Program-made: the position numbers and the translations under genes
The notes under the pieces: generated by a model
What the model was told of the DNA's origin: nothing
Databases searched by the model: none
The model's input: only the letters and a program-made list of their open reading frames with translations
IMG/VR virus record: IMGVR_UViG_3300020577_006271
Coordinates: 32,001 to 96,000 of that record
Length of the DNA: 64,000 nt
Origin: a virus
Lineage: Duplodnaviria; Caudoviricetes
Strand: one strand, 5' to 3'
Part shown: one piece after another, positions 1-9,747 of the stretch
Layout of the letters: each line of letters begins with the position of its first letter
How positions within the stretch are numbered: the stretch's first letter is position 1

Positions 1-498
1 GATCACCGATTTGTGACTGGCGCACTTATTTTTAATTATCCAAGCAATGGTATCATCGGCCTCAACACCCGAAATCGAAAGAACATAAATCGGCAGAATA
101 TTTAGATATTCAATTATTCGTCGAAACTGTTTAATCATCGATTGTTGTTCATCTTCTAAATTTTTAAATTCGTCGAATCGGTTAAACGTTTTAATTTTTG
201 TAGAACGGCCTGCTTTATATCCCGGAAATAATTTCTTTCTACGAGCCGAACCGCCTTTTTCGTCAAATATAATAATTGCTCGTGTTGGCTGGAATTGACT
301 TATAAGAAACCGAAGTGATCTAAGAAACCCTATCAATCCACCCACATGTTCACCGTTATCATTTAACGCTGGAACGGCTGTGAACACCCGTATAAACATA
401 TTGGTACCATCGATCAGGAGAGTTTTTTCACCCCCCTGATCTGATACTCTGTCGTTGACTATGGTGTTATAAAGATCCTTAAGATTAGTCTTGGTCAT
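1..498 (-). CDS. 5'-3' exonuclease / RNase H (T4 Rnh, Pol I N-terminal-like), runs off window edge
   Basis: Manual translation from ATG 498: MTKTNLKDLY...LLIDGTNMFIRVF...IIFDEKGGSARRKKLFPGYKAGR...GVEADDTIA; FEN/PIN motifs; not in the ORF track. Confidence 0.9.
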   Translation of the reverse strand, partial: MTKTNLKDLYNTIVNDRVSDQGGEKTLLIDGTNMFIRVFTAVPALNDNGEHVGGLIGFLRSLRFLISQFQPTRAIIIFDEKGGSARRKKLFPGYKAGRSTKIKTFNRFDEFKNLEDEQQSMIKQFRRIIEYLNILPIYVLSISGVEADDTIAWIIKNKCASHKSVI

Positions 499-1678
499 CT
501 TCGTCTATTTCAATATCGTCAATGCCATAATCATCACCATTTTTGTATGTCATTATATACTGATCGCAGACTTGATTATATATATGATCTTTCAGTTCTG
601 GATTACGCATCATGATGCCTTTAAATTCCCTAGATTGAAATTTTAATTCATTAAGTTTAGCTATAGCTCCTTCAGAATCCACAATGTCCATTTCTGGAAA
701 ATTAAGTGTGTAATATGCGCCTGCCTGTCTAATTAATGAAAATTCTTTAAGGGTCGTTAACCAAGACCCATAATTATCTACACCAGATTCATAGAATATA
801 TCAAACTTAACTTGTTTCAACGGTGGACCTAAACGGTTCTTAAAGACCTTTGCTGATGTCTTTATTCCCACCACATTATCTACCCCATTAACTTTCTTTT
901 TGATCTTTCCTTCGCTGGTTAATCTAATTCTAATGGTGGCGTGAAATCCTATGGCTTTACCACCTGACGTTACCCATTTTTCGGCCCCAAATCCCATTGC
1001 TCCAACATTTGCTCGTAACTGATTAGTAAATATTAAGAGAATATTTCTAGAACCTAACATCCTAGTAATTTTTCTCATGCCTTTACTCAGTATCAGGGCT
1101 TTCTGTGTAGCATATCCATCTTTATCATATCCGGCAGCCGCTTCTATTTTTGTAGTGGTTGCCATTACGGAATCGACTACAATTGTAACCGGAATCGTTT
1201 TATCCGCGGTCCTCACTTGGACTATTATCTTTTCAATTGCCTCAAACACATCTTCGATATGATTTAATGGCACATACATTAATTTAGAATTGTCAATCCC
1301 AATTGCCTGCATATACTCAACCGATACTGCATTCTCAGTGTCTATAAAGACAGCAATTCCACCTTGTTTTTGTGTATCCTTTAGAGCGTACGCAGCCAAT
1401 AAACTCTTCCCCGTTCCTTCAAGACCGGTGATTTCTACGATTCTACCAACCGGATATCCACCGCCTTTTTTATTGGCCATCGCAATATCTAATATATCAA
1501 GTCCTGACGAAACATAATCGGTTACCTTAGCAAATAACGTTGGGTCATCCAAAAAGTAGGATGCGCTTTCGCCACCGAGTTCTTTAGCAAAAGACTTGTT
1601 CAAGTCAGTTATTAAGGAACCGATAATGTTATGCACGTCAGGGCTTTCGATTTTTGTAATCGTTTTTCCCTTAGCCAT
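485..1678 (-). CDS. recA: RecA/UvsX recombinase
   Basis: GRIVEITGLEGTGKS Walker A, FIDTE, VVDSV, NQLR, GGKAIGFHA, KNRLGPP. Confidence 0.95.
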   Translation of the reverse strand: MAKGKTITKIESPDVHNIIGSLITDLNKSFAKELGGESASYFLDDPTLFAKVTDYVSSGLDILDIAMANKKGGGYPVGRIVEITGLEGTGKSLLAAYALKDTQKQGGIAVFIDTENAVSVEYMQAIGIDNSKLMYVPLNHIEDVFEAIEKIIVQVRTADKTIPVTIVVDSVMATTTKIEAAAGYDKDGYATQKALILSKGMRKITRMLGSRNILLIFTNQLRANVGAMGFGAEKWVTSGGKAIGFHATIRIRLTSEGKIKKKVNGVDNVVGIKTSAKVFKNRLGPPLKQVKFDIFYESGVDNYGSWLTTLKEFSLIRQAGAYYTLNFPEMDIVDSEGAIAKLNELKFQSREFKGIMMRNPELKDHIYNQVCDQYIMTYKNGDDYGIDDIEIDEDDQD

Positions 1679-1689
1679 TTAATTTAATT

Positions 1690-2487
1690 TTATTTAAACA
1701 TGTTTGCAAATTCATCGTCTAAATCAGTTAAATTTGTTGATTTAGGAGCTGATGTTGCTGTTTTAGTAACCTGTGAAGCTGTAGATGTTGTTGTAGTTTG
1801 GTCGGTATCATCTTCTTCTAAGACTGTATCAGTTGAACTTTCTTTTGGACCTTCTAAGAATATCTGTAATTTCCTGTCGAGTTCTTCGTAAGTCATAGTC
1901 TTAAATAACGTTTTGACATCTGGCATTTCTTTGATCATTTCCAGCACTTCTTTAGAGTCAGTGACTTTAGATGTCGCCATTTTTGGCCGCAACGTAATTG
2001 TTGGATAAGCATCTGCACCAGCGGCTGGAGTATAATCTACACTGAAGTCTCTACCTGATTTTAAATCTGTGAAGTCTCCGAAATCTTCTTCGTTAGCAAA
2101 TTTTAACAATGCTTCATAAATAGTCTTTGAAAATCCCCAGAATTTAACGCCTTCGGTTTCTTCGCCTCTAATTAGGATTGGCGCGAACCATCTTGTAGTT
2201 GAATGAATCTTTCGGCTTGCTAAGAAGTCTTCTCTGTCGCCAGTCGATTTAAGTTTGTCTGCAAATTCGTTAATTGGGTCAGGCTTTCCAAAACTATTTG
2301 GAGATAATACAGAACCATTAGTAATGTCATAATGGAATTGTAATTCTGTGATTGGCCATTCTGGATCGTATGCGTACGGTAAAAAACGAATGACTTGTGT
2401 GTTCTTTTTTGGTCTCCAGATGCTGTTTGAGCCCTGACTACCACCTTTAAGAGAATCTAACTTCTCTTGAATTAGTTTTAAATTCAT
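1690..2487 (-). CDS. single-stranded DNA-binding protein (T4 gp32-like)
   Basis: VIRFLP, GVKFWGFSKTIY, FTDLKSGRDF, acidic tail DLDDEFANMFK; adjacent to recA. Confidence 0.85.
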   Translation of the reverse strand: MNLKLIQEKLDSLKGGSQGSNSIWRPKKNTQVIRFLPYAYDPEWPITELQFHYDITNGSVLSPNSFGKPDPINEFADKLKSTGDREDFLASRKIHSTTRWFAPILIRGEETEGVKFWGFSKTIYEALLKFANEEDFGDFTDLKSGRDFSVDYTPAAGADAYPTITLRPKMATSKVTDSKEVLEMIKEMPDVKTLFKTMTYEELDRKLQIFLEGPKESSTDTVLEEDDTDQTTTTSTASQVTKTATSAPKSTNLTDLDDEFANMFK

Positions 2488-2540
2488 AAGTGTTAAAATG
2501 TGTTTTAAGTAATAAAAATGTTTATGTGTGTAATTGTTAT

Positions 2541-2572
2541 GTAATATACAAAAAATTATTCAATTATCCAAA
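2541..2572 (-). promoter_or_regulatory. Bacteroidota-type -33/-7 promoter for ssb-recA
   Basis: TTTG-N20-TATATTAC on minus strand. Confidence 0.7.
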
Positions 2573-2605
2573 TATTTCTTCAATTATTTTGAATTAAATG
2601 TCATA

Positions 2606-3079
2606 TTAAGGTTTTTTATATTGTATTCGGGGTGGATATATTTTTAGTGATTGACGCAATACGGGTGTTCCTCTTACTACATCACTTGTCCAAGGGTGAA
2701 CTTGCGCAGTATTTAAATTATAATTTGCAGCCAATTTTTTTGCCAAAAGTGTAACTTCTACACCAGTGTTTCCATTTGTGACGTCAATCCATTTACCTAA
2801 TGCATTTTTATATTCCTTCGGATAATAAATATGTATGGTAACAGAATCCCAAGAATCGAACTGTTCTCCATATTCAACAAATATGCTTTTCGCATAACTT
2901 TCGCCGTGTGCCTGAGTTAATTCCGCTTTGATATCTCTTAAATATAATTCAATCTTTTGTAATTCAGCTTTAATTCCCGCAAGTGATGCTTCATAATATC
3001 TAGAAAATCTATCAAAGATCTCATTGTTCACTTCATTAAAAGTTGCATTTTCGTTTAAAATATTTTTAAATTTAATCAT
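2606..3079 (-). CDS. hypothetical protein with MIKFK-type leader (putative internal head protein)
   Basis: N-terminus MIKFKNILNE. Confidence 0.75.
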   Translation of the reverse strand: MIKFKNILNENATFNEVNNEIFDRFSRYYEASLAGIKAELQKIELYLRDIKAELTQAHGESYAKSIFVEYGEQFDSWDSVTIHIYYPKEYKNALGKWIDVTNGNTGVEVTLLAKKLAANYNLNTAQVHPWTSDVVRGTPVLRQSLKIYPPRIQYKKP

Positions 3080-3093
3080 GTTATCTTTATATT

Positions 3094-3198
3094 TTAATTT
3101 AATTTTAAAATCATTTTATCTATCAAATTTTGTCTAGAATCTATGTTAAACAAAAATTTGTTTATTTTACTTCGAAGCTTATTACAGGCTGAAAATAT
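3094..3198 (-). pseudogene. relic 3' end of a homolog of gene 3235..4011
   Basis: Translates IFSACNKLRSKINKFLFNIDSRQNLIDKMILKLN*, 11/34 identical and co-terminal with IFTTLQNFGNKIKSYLNRADKRQDQINNLIFNLK*. Confidence 0.65.
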
Positions 3199-3223
3199 AC
3201 AAAAAATTATTCAATTATCCAAA
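3192..3223 (-). promoter_or_regulatory. Bacteroidota-type promoter (duplicate copy)
   Basis: TTTG-N20-TATATTTT. Confidence 0.55.
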
Positions 3224-3234
3224 TTATTTGTCAA

Positions 3235-4011
3235 TTATTTTAAATTAAATATTAAATTATTTATTTGATCTTGCCTCTTGTCAGCTCTGTTTAAATATGA
3301 TTTGATTTTATTTCCAAAATTTTGCAAAGTAGTAAATATTCTATCAAAAATTCCTTCGTTTAACGTCAATGATTCTCCAACATTAACGGAGAGTCGCCTT
3401 TTAGCCCCAGCCTTTACTACGTCAGCTGATGCAATTACCGATGCTTCTTTAATTAATCCATCAATTGTAGTTTTTAAATCAGCATTTTGTGCCAATAATA
3501 ATTCCACGACCTTCTGATAATCAGTAGAAATTATATCTCCAGCTTTTGTAATTACTTTGTCTTGGTTTGTCTCAGTTAATTTACTTAATGTAAAGGAACT
3601 ATTAAGACATTCGACAGTTAAAGTCATTGCCTTTTCACCATCATCAAATATATCAACTACCTTTTCACGAATTTTATTATGTAATTCTTCTTCTTGGGCA
3701 GCGACTTGATTTTTCAGCTCGTTTAATTCGCGTTTCTTTTCTTCAAATAGTGATACTGATTTATCCAATGCTTGCCAAGACTTGGCCAATGATGTAAAGG
3801 CTGCTGCCTTTTGGGCAGAAACTGTTGCAATAACTTTATCCTTTTTAACTTCATATGAAGCATAGGTATTATCTCTGGCTTCAACTATATAATCATTTAC
3901 ATTTTCAGTTTTTAATGTATGATTAATTGTTGCAATTATTTTATTATAATCTGGAGATTGTCCTGGATATAATAAATGTATATTCTCTGCTATTTTATCT
4001 ATTAATTTCAT
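3235..4011 (-). CDS. hypothetical coiled-coil protein, possible head protein
   Basis: 258 aa ORF; IAEN, IVEA, VGES, LNEG putative protease sites. Confidence 0.6.
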   Translation of the reverse strand: MKLIDKIAENIHLLYPGQSPDYNKIIATINHTLKTENVNDYIVEARDNTYASYEVKKDKVIATVSAQKAAAFTSLAKSWQALDKSVSLFEEKKRELNELKNQVAAQEEELHNKIREKVVDIFDDGEKAMTLTVECLNSSFTLSKLTETNQDKVITKAGDIISTDYQKVVELLLAQNADLKTTIDGLIKEASVIASADVVKAGAKRRLSVNVGESLTLNEGIFDRIFTTLQNFGNKIKSYLNRADKRQDQINNLIFNLK

Positions 4012-4016
4012 AATTT

Positions 4017-5285
4017 TTAAGTTGTGTAATATGGAATCATCTGTCCATATGATTTGCCGTAATTGATAGTACCAACAAATTTGTCTCGATAAATAATATT
4101 TGAAATTCCTTTAATTGTTTCTGGACCATCATCTTTATTAATGTTCAGTAAAAAGGAATCATAAGTATATAAGATTATCTTACTTTTCTTATTTAATAAA
4201 TAGTTTAAAAGTTGTTTAATTGTTAATGAATTGAACTCAGTTTCGAAATTTTGTAATAAATAATTGAACAATTTGTGTTCAGGCAAGTTTTTACCCAATC
4301 CGATGGGTCTTTGGAAAATTACAGATCTAATAAATCCGTTGAATTTATATTCATTATACAGTTTTTCCCTGTATTTTGACACTTCTTTATAAAATGGAAT
4401 TTTTAAGTGCGCTTCGTCAATTGTTCCATAAACTGCCCTAAATGATATCGCTTTGGCTTCATCATATTGTGCTTGGTTTAAAAATGCAGTTCCAAAATAC
4501 TGTGATCCAAAATATTCATGTAAATTTCCTTCTGGCAACTCATAATTAATTAATTTAGAGATCAACCTAATATGGAAAGCTGAATAGTCCCATTCCATTA
4601 ATATTGAGTCGTCGTCTGGAATAATAATATTCCTGGTTCCATCACTTTTATTTAATGCAGCAAGATTAAATCCATGATCTGTATTAGATGGTCGCCCAGT
4701 TGTTGTATATAATTTATAATTTGACCATAATCGATTGGTTTTAATATGTGTTTTAACTTTAATGTGAGTTCGATCAATATTACAACCTGGCATTTCTATG
4801 GCCTTAAATACATTAAATACATTATTGTTATATTGAACAAACAAATCCTTATCAAAATTTAAATCTTTGAATTTACCGATAAATTTAAGTTTTATTTCTC
4901 TGGCATAATCCAATAATATTGTAAATGGAATAAACCGATAATCTAGTTTTCCTAGAATTTTTTTATAGAAATTAAATTTAATGGCATCAAAATTTGGAAG
5001 TTGTTCTTCGGTCAGCCACCAATAACATAATTCTAAATCGTAATTATTAGACAATTTCATTAAATCCTGACGATACACATAACAATCACTTATTTCTGGT
5101 GTTATTTCGGTTTTTGGAAAGTCATTATGCTTGAAATTAATTATATGTTCTTTTTCAGTTAATAAATTATACGAATAATATGCTACTAGGCTTGTTTTCG
5201 TACGATCTGTTGAACTTTCATTAATGAAGGGTATAATTACATTGCCTATAGGATTAAAGTCTGTTAGATCAAAGATATTTAGCAT
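4017..5285 (-). CDS. family A DNA polymerase, short (polymerase domain only)
   Basis: TTTGRPS, motif A WDYSAFHIRL, motif B AKAISFRAVYG, FNYLLQ, motif C LYTYDSFL. Confidence 0.85.
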   Translation of the reverse strand: MLNIFDLTDFNPIGNVIIPFINESSTDRTKTSLVAYYSYNLLTEKEHIINFKHNDFPKTEITPEISDCYVYRQDLMKLSNNYDLELCYWWLTEEQLPNFDAIKFNFYKKILGKLDYRFIPFTILLDYAREIKLKFIGKFKDLNFDKDLFVQYNNNVFNVFKAIEMPGCNIDRTHIKVKTHIKTNRLWSNYKLYTTTGRPSNTDHGFNLAALNKSDGTRNIIIPDDDSILMEWDYSAFHIRLISKLINYELPEGNLHEYFGSQYFGTAFLNQAQYDEAKAISFRAVYGTIDEAHLKIPFYKEVSKYREKLYNEYKFNGFIRSVIFQRPIGLGKNLPEHKLFNYLLQNFETEFNSLTIKQLLNYLLNKKSKIILYTYDSFLLNINKDDGPETIKGISNIIYRDKFVGTINYGKSYGQMIPYYTT

Positions 5286-5286
5286 T

Positions 5287-5496
5287 TTAATTTAAAAGTT
5301 CAACTTCTACAATGTTCTCGCCATTTAAGTTTTTTCTATTAATACCTTTAATGACATTCGGGAATTTTGCCGCCCAGACTTCTAAATCATTGAATTGACC
5401 AGGTCTAAAATTAATAAGGGCTTCTTGTGAACTACCCACCCACGGCAGAGCTGATGAGTGGGCTTTCGCTCCCGTTATGTAAATCGTGGTTGTCAT
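5287..5496 (-). CDS. hypothetical protein
   Basis: 69 aa ORF in operon arrangement. Confidence 0.6.
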   Translation of the reverse strand: MTTTIYITGAKAHSSALPWVGSSQEALINFRPGQFNDLEVWAAKFPNVIKGINRKNLNGENIVEVELLN

Positions 5497-5543
5497 TATT
5501 TTTAATTACATCGATTAAATTAAACCCGCCTGTAAAATATACT

Positions 5544-5774
5544 TCAGGATTTTTTCCTCCATAATTTAAGTTCATCATCTACATATGTATATTCATATTT
5601 AAACCTATCAATATCAACTTCTGCTAAGAATTTAAAATCTATTTCATATACATAGGGATTTTCTCTGTCAATTAAAACAGTGTAAAACTTATCACCAGTG
5701 TTTATTTTACGATATAATGTAGAAAGTTCTTTGTTGGCGACACCAACTGACATTTCAAAATCTGGACTATTCAT
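5544..5774 (-). CDS. hypothetical protein
   Basis: Start moved to ATG 5774 because the longer ORF start overlaps a promoter. Confidence 0.6.
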   Translation of the reverse strand: MNSPDFEMSVGVANKELSTLYRKINTGDKFYTVLIDRENPYVYEIDFKFLAEVDIDRFKYEYTYVDDELKLWRKKS

Positions 5775-5795
5775 GTAACATTTATTTTTATTAGT

Positions 5796-5828
5796 TACAA
5801 TATACAAAAAATATTTCAGATTACCAAA
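5796..5828 (-). promoter_or_regulatory. Bacteroidota-type promoter upstream of the polA operon
   Basis: TTTGGTAATCTGAAATATTTTTTGTATATTGT. Confidence 0.65.
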
Positions 5829-5835
5829 CTTTTAA

Positions 5836-6393
5836 TTAGATAAATTCAAAAATATTTGTTAAATATAAATTCAATCCTGGAATCTTTTTATTCAGTTTAT
5901 CAATTTCTTTTTGGTTTTTGATTGATGCAACTGTTTTATTTAAATACCACATAAGAAATCCTCCTGCATATCTAGTTGCGTCAATACCTTCTACGTTTGT
6001 ATAATTTAATGATAAATATTGACCTAAATCAACTTCGATGATCCTAAGATCATTAGGATTAGTTGACTTTAAAAAATAACGTTCAATAAAACCAGTTTCA
6101 ATATCATATTTGCTGATGATTGGATAGTATGGAATTGGTTCGATATAATTTGATATTTTTTTAACCAATGACTTCTTGAATAACTGCGTTAACTTATTAT
6201 CAGGAACTATTTTATTTTTTCTAAACAGTTGTCTAGATGTTATTCCAGGATTAAACTCAGACCAAAAGGTATCATTTGGATATCGGTGATATGGACCAAT
6301 ATAATCTTTGCCGGCATTATCGGTCAATTCGTTGCCTGCTGTATATAACCCAGTTAAAATTTGGTTGTCATTATAATAAATTGGGTTTGACAT
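5836..6393 (-). CDS. hypothetical baseplate-region virion protein
   Basis: LYTAGNE..YIGPYH motif; located in baseplate cluster. Confidence 0.55.
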   Translation of the reverse strand: MSNPIYYNDNQILTGLYTAGNELTDNAGKDYIGPYHRYPNDTFWSEFNPGITSRQLFRKNKIVPDNKLTQLFKKSLVKKISNYIEPIPYYPIISKYDIETGFIERYFLKSTNPNDLRIIEVDLGQYLSLNYTNVEGIDATRYAGGFLMWYLNKTVASIKNQKEIDKLNKKIPGLNLYLTNIFEFI

Positions 6394-8403
6394 CTATAAA
6401 CGTTTGTATTGAATGTTATCAAAAAATGTTAATATGCCAGATAATTGAGTTACCCAATCCGAATCAGCTGTAAAAGTGTGAGTCACTGACCTAACCATAA
6501 AATATGATTTTGTGTCAAAATAATTTTGTGTCAGGTGGTTTGTAGCAATGGCATTTCCAATTGTGAATCCATAACAACCATCTAATGTCACATCTAATTC
6601 TAAACCTGGATAGGTTGGTAGATCATGTTGCTTTGAATGCGATGATGGTTTTGAAATTGTTAATGTGTTAACAGCAGATTGCAACGACGATTCTTTTTCT
6701 GGGTTAAACCTAGTTTCAATTAATTCCCCCGGAACTTTAATAAGTTTTAAGACATCCGTTTGAGCCTTATTAAATGCAATTGTTCTTTTTACGTCTATCT
6801 TAGCTAGTTTATCAGGTGTGATATTGTGGACCGGGTCGCCTTGTGAAGTTTGACCTGCCATCATTGCCGATGCCATTTCAGCAGACCCAGCATTAGATCT
6901 AAGATTAATTGATCTAGATGATCCATCTCCATCTATTCCGTTAAATACAATGCAATCTAATTTCTTAGCATATCCATTTCGTTGATCAACAATGACCAAA
7001 TAATCTGTTTTTTCAGGATGTTGTGTTAATGTTAAATTTATAGATCCACCGGATGCTTCTTTAATCGTTGTGAAAATTTTTGAAAGAAAAACCATAACAT
7101 TTATTGATTCGCCAGTTTTTGTTTTATCATTGATTTTGTCTGAGTTGGATTCTTCTTTTTTGGCTGCTTCATCTAAAGCATCTAATATAACAGAGCGTTC
7201 TAATATAATTTTTTTAAAATCAATAATATTTGACGGACCATTTGATCCTTCGACAGCCTTTATTGGCTCCAGACCTGCTCCGCCTACTTTTTCAAAATTG
7301 ATTCCGAGTTCATCTCCTACTGAATATGTTCCAGCATAATTTCCTTTGTTATTTCCTGCGAATACGCATTGCGTAGGTAATCCAGAAATAATTGCTTTAC
7401 TGATATAAGATTTAGAAAGAACTGGATCAAATACAATGGCGGTTGGTGAAAATTGTGCTGCCAATATAACATCATCTTTATATTTCATATGCGTATGGCC
7501 CATAATTAATCGGTTGACAATGTATTCTAACGTGTAATAGACAATATTTACCGATGAAGTAGTTGACGACGCACCTAAATAACCTTCTTGTATAGATTGC
7601 CAAGCTTTACCGACTCTACCGCTGAGATATGTTTTATGTGATGCCTTGTAAACTATAACAGCACCCGGTTTAGAACTAAATCCCTTTTCTGACAATGTAT
7701 ATGTATGATTTCTATCGGGAATGAAAGACACTCCATCATTACCAGACAAATTTATATCGTCGATTGCTTTTTGCCCATTTTGTTGGGCGTCGAAGGTCAT
7801 TAATTCTAATAACCCTTGAACATTTAGGGTTTCTCTGCCTGACAAATATGACAATCCATTAAATTTACCACCAACCAATGTCTCTAATTTCTTTAAAGCT
7901 TCTGTTGCTCTAACTGCAGAACCCTTAACAATGTAACATCCTTGGTCATCTGTGTTAAATTCAAATGTAACCAACAAGAATTTTTCAACCTTAATGTATT
8001 GTTGATCTACTATCCAATGCTTAGGATAACCAAACTCAGCTGAAATCTCAGTTCCATATCGACAAAAGACTTTCTCTATTTCCTTGAATGTTTCCCGATC
8101 AAAACATTTAATTGACCACGACAATCCTTCTTTAAACCCATATTCAGTGGGAGAATATGTAATTGTTGCTTCTTCAAGTGATGGATAAGGTTTAAATTTA
8201 TTGTATTGAGATTCTGGGAATGAATCAGATAATCTTACTCCTGGAACCGTTGCACTTCCACCTTCACCCTTTCCAGTCAATTTAAAGTAGGCTGGGTTTC
8301 TTGTTGCGGCTTTATAATGCGGACCGTTTTTAAAAAGGTCCAGGCGTTTTTGTAAGACTCCTAACGCACCATGAGTTGGATTATTTCTATAAACGTTTTC
8401 CAT
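6394..8403 (-). CDS. putative baseplate hub protein (gp27/gpD-like)
   Basis: C-terminal LELDVTLDGCYGFTIGN...FMVRSVTHT..WVTQLSG pattern; position downstream of the gp53-like gene. Confidence 0.55.
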   Translation of the reverse strand: MENVYRNNPTHGALGVLQKRLDLFKNGPHYKAATRNPAYFKLTGKGEGGSATVPGVRLSDSFPESQYNKFKPYPSLEEATITYSPTEYGFKEGLSWSIKCFDRETFKEIEKVFCRYGTEISAEFGYPKHWIVDQQYIKVEKFLLVTFEFNTDDQGCYIVKGSAVRATEALKKLETLVGGKFNGLSYLSGRETLNVQGLLELMTFDAQQNGQKAIDDINLSGNDGVSFIPDRNHTYTLSEKGFSSKPGAVIVYKASHKTYLSGRVGKAWQSIQEGYLGASSTTSSVNIVYYTLEYIVNRLIMGHTHMKYKDDVILAAQFSPTAIVFDPVLSKSYISKAIISGLPTQCVFAGNNKGNYAGTYSVGDELGINFEKVGGAGLEPIKAVEGSNGPSNIIDFKKIILERSVILDALDEAAKKEESNSDKINDKTKTGESINVMVFLSKIFTTIKEASGGSINLTLTQHPEKTDYLVIVDQRNGYAKKLDCIVFNGIDGDGSSRSINLRSNAGSAEMASAMMAGQTSQGDPVHNITPDKLAKIDVKRTIAFNKAQTDVLKLIKVPGELIETRFNPEKESSLQSAVNTLTISKPSSHSKQHDLPTYPGLELDVTLDGCYGFTIGNAIATNHLTQNYFDTKSYFMVRSVTHTFTADSDWVTQLSGILTFFDNIQYKRL

Positions 8404-8873
8404 TATAGTGTGTTAAAATATTGTTCAAGTTCGTAATCAGTCTTAAAATATTTTATGTCTTTGGGCTTATAATGCACCATTTCTCTACCCTTAATAATAA
8501 CACCATCATAACCTTTTTTCATCATTTCATCTTCAATTGTAAATCCTTTCGCTTCAAAATTTCTAACATCCATTACTGATGAGTCCAATCCAAGAGCATC
8601 TTGTTTAAGTTTATGCCTATAAATTTCCCAACTATTCAAACCATCAAAAATTTTAGGGTTTTTAGGAATTGCATTTACAACAAAATACACATCACCATAT
8701 TGTTTGGCCATTGATTTATTTGATAGTGGAACAGTATATAATCCATTACCAATTGAACCATAAACTTGATTATCACTCCCCAAATTTTTTATACCTCGTA
8801 ACGTTACATTTTTTCGTTTCCAATTCTTAAAATCTGAAGTTGATTCTAAAATAATATCTTTAAATTTAATCAT
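8403..8873 (-). CDS. MIKFK-leader protein with ADP-ribosyltransferase-like (ART-PolyVal-type) domain
   Basis: MIKFKDIILE leader; LRG..GNGLYT..AKQYG..PKNP..GYDGVII..EMVHYKPKDIK. Confidence 0.65.
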   Translation of the reverse strand: MIKFKDIILESTSDFKNWKRKNVTLRGIKNLGSDNQVYGSIGNGLYTVPLSNKSMAKQYGDVYFVVNAIPKNPKIFDGLNSWEIYRHKLKQDALGLDSSVMDVRNFEAKGFTIEDEMMKKGYDGVIIKGREMVHYKPKDIKYFKTDYELEQYFNTL

Positions 8874-8875
8874 AT

Positions 8876-9190
8876 CTAAGTCCTATCATTTGTTTCTTCC
8901 ATCACCAATTCCATCCTTTGAAATATTTCATTAGTTGGATCCGGTATTCTTAAATATATTCCTGGTCCTGGAATAAGATGTCCATTGACCAATGCATTGG
9001 CTTGTGCTATAACCCACCACAATGTCTGATCACCGTAGTATTTAAATGCTAAATTATCAAATCTATCCGATGATTTAGTCACTATAAAAATATCACGATC
9101 CGACTCTTCGAAACTAGGTAAATATTGACTGGCAAAAAATCTATCACCTGTCTCAGTCTTTAATATGTCAGAATTGATGTATCTTCTCAT
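8876..9190 (-). CDS. baseplate wedge LysM-like protein (gp53-like)
   Basis: DRFDNLAFKYYGDQTLWWVIAQAN..PGIYLRIP. Confidence 0.85.
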   Translation of the reverse strand: MRRYINSDILKTETGDRFFASQYLPSFEESDRDIFIVTKSSDRFDNLAFKYYGDQTLWWVIAQANALVNGHLIPGPGIYLRIPDPTNEIFQRMELVMEETNDRT

Positions 9191-9195
9191 TTAAT

Positions 9196-9747
9196 TTATT
9201 TGCCCGGGGTCATTTTACCGTCAGACTGATACTTTCCGGTATAATAATCACCTTTATTTTTATAATCTGGTTTCTTTGATCCTACAACTTGCAATGTCGC
9301 CGAACAGTTAATGTATATGGGCAAATTATCTATCCACGGTGTATCATTATTAATATCAATGGTAAATGATGTTAATATACCGTATTCATCGAGCAGCTTT
9401 CCAATTTTCATTTTAGTAAAAATTCCGTTAAATCCTCGCCCAGGTTTATAAATTGGTCTAGTTTGACGGGCTACATTATTTAATGCTTCCAAATAAAATG
9501 TATGCTCTCCATTATATAATGCTGCAGTAATGAAATTAACTGAAATTGTACGTTGGTATGAGTCATATTTCATTTTCGGATCTGCTCTACCTATATCCAT
9601 ATTCGATGACCATGATGGACTATGATTATCAGAAATACTGTGTATAAACGCAGGAAATTTGATAATAGGTCCCGGTCCTTCAGATGGTATGAATGCCTGA
9701 AAGGAAAATTCCGTTGGTATAGCTTCTGTCCGTAAGGTTGCCGCCAT
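9196..9747 (-). CDS. baseplate/tail tube initiator-like protein
   Basis: FPAFIHSISDNHSPSW..IGRADP..YDSYQRTISVNF; position in tail cluster. Confidence 0.6.
   Translation of the reverse strand: MAATLRTEAIPTEFSFQAFIPSEGPGPIIKFPAFIHSISDNHSPSWSSNMDIGRADPKMKYDSYQRTISVNFITAALYNGEHTFYLEALNNVARQTRPIYKPGRGFNGIFTKMKIGKLLDEYGILTSFTIDINNDTPWIDNLPIYINCSATLQVVGSKKPDYKNKGDYYTGKYQSDGKMTPGK

Larger units (their letters stand above)
2543..3224. repeat. 31-bp perfect direct repeat (2543-2573 and 3194-3224) flanking a leader-bearing gene
   Basis: aatatacaaaaaattattcaattatccaaat occurs at both positions. Confidence 0.9.
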
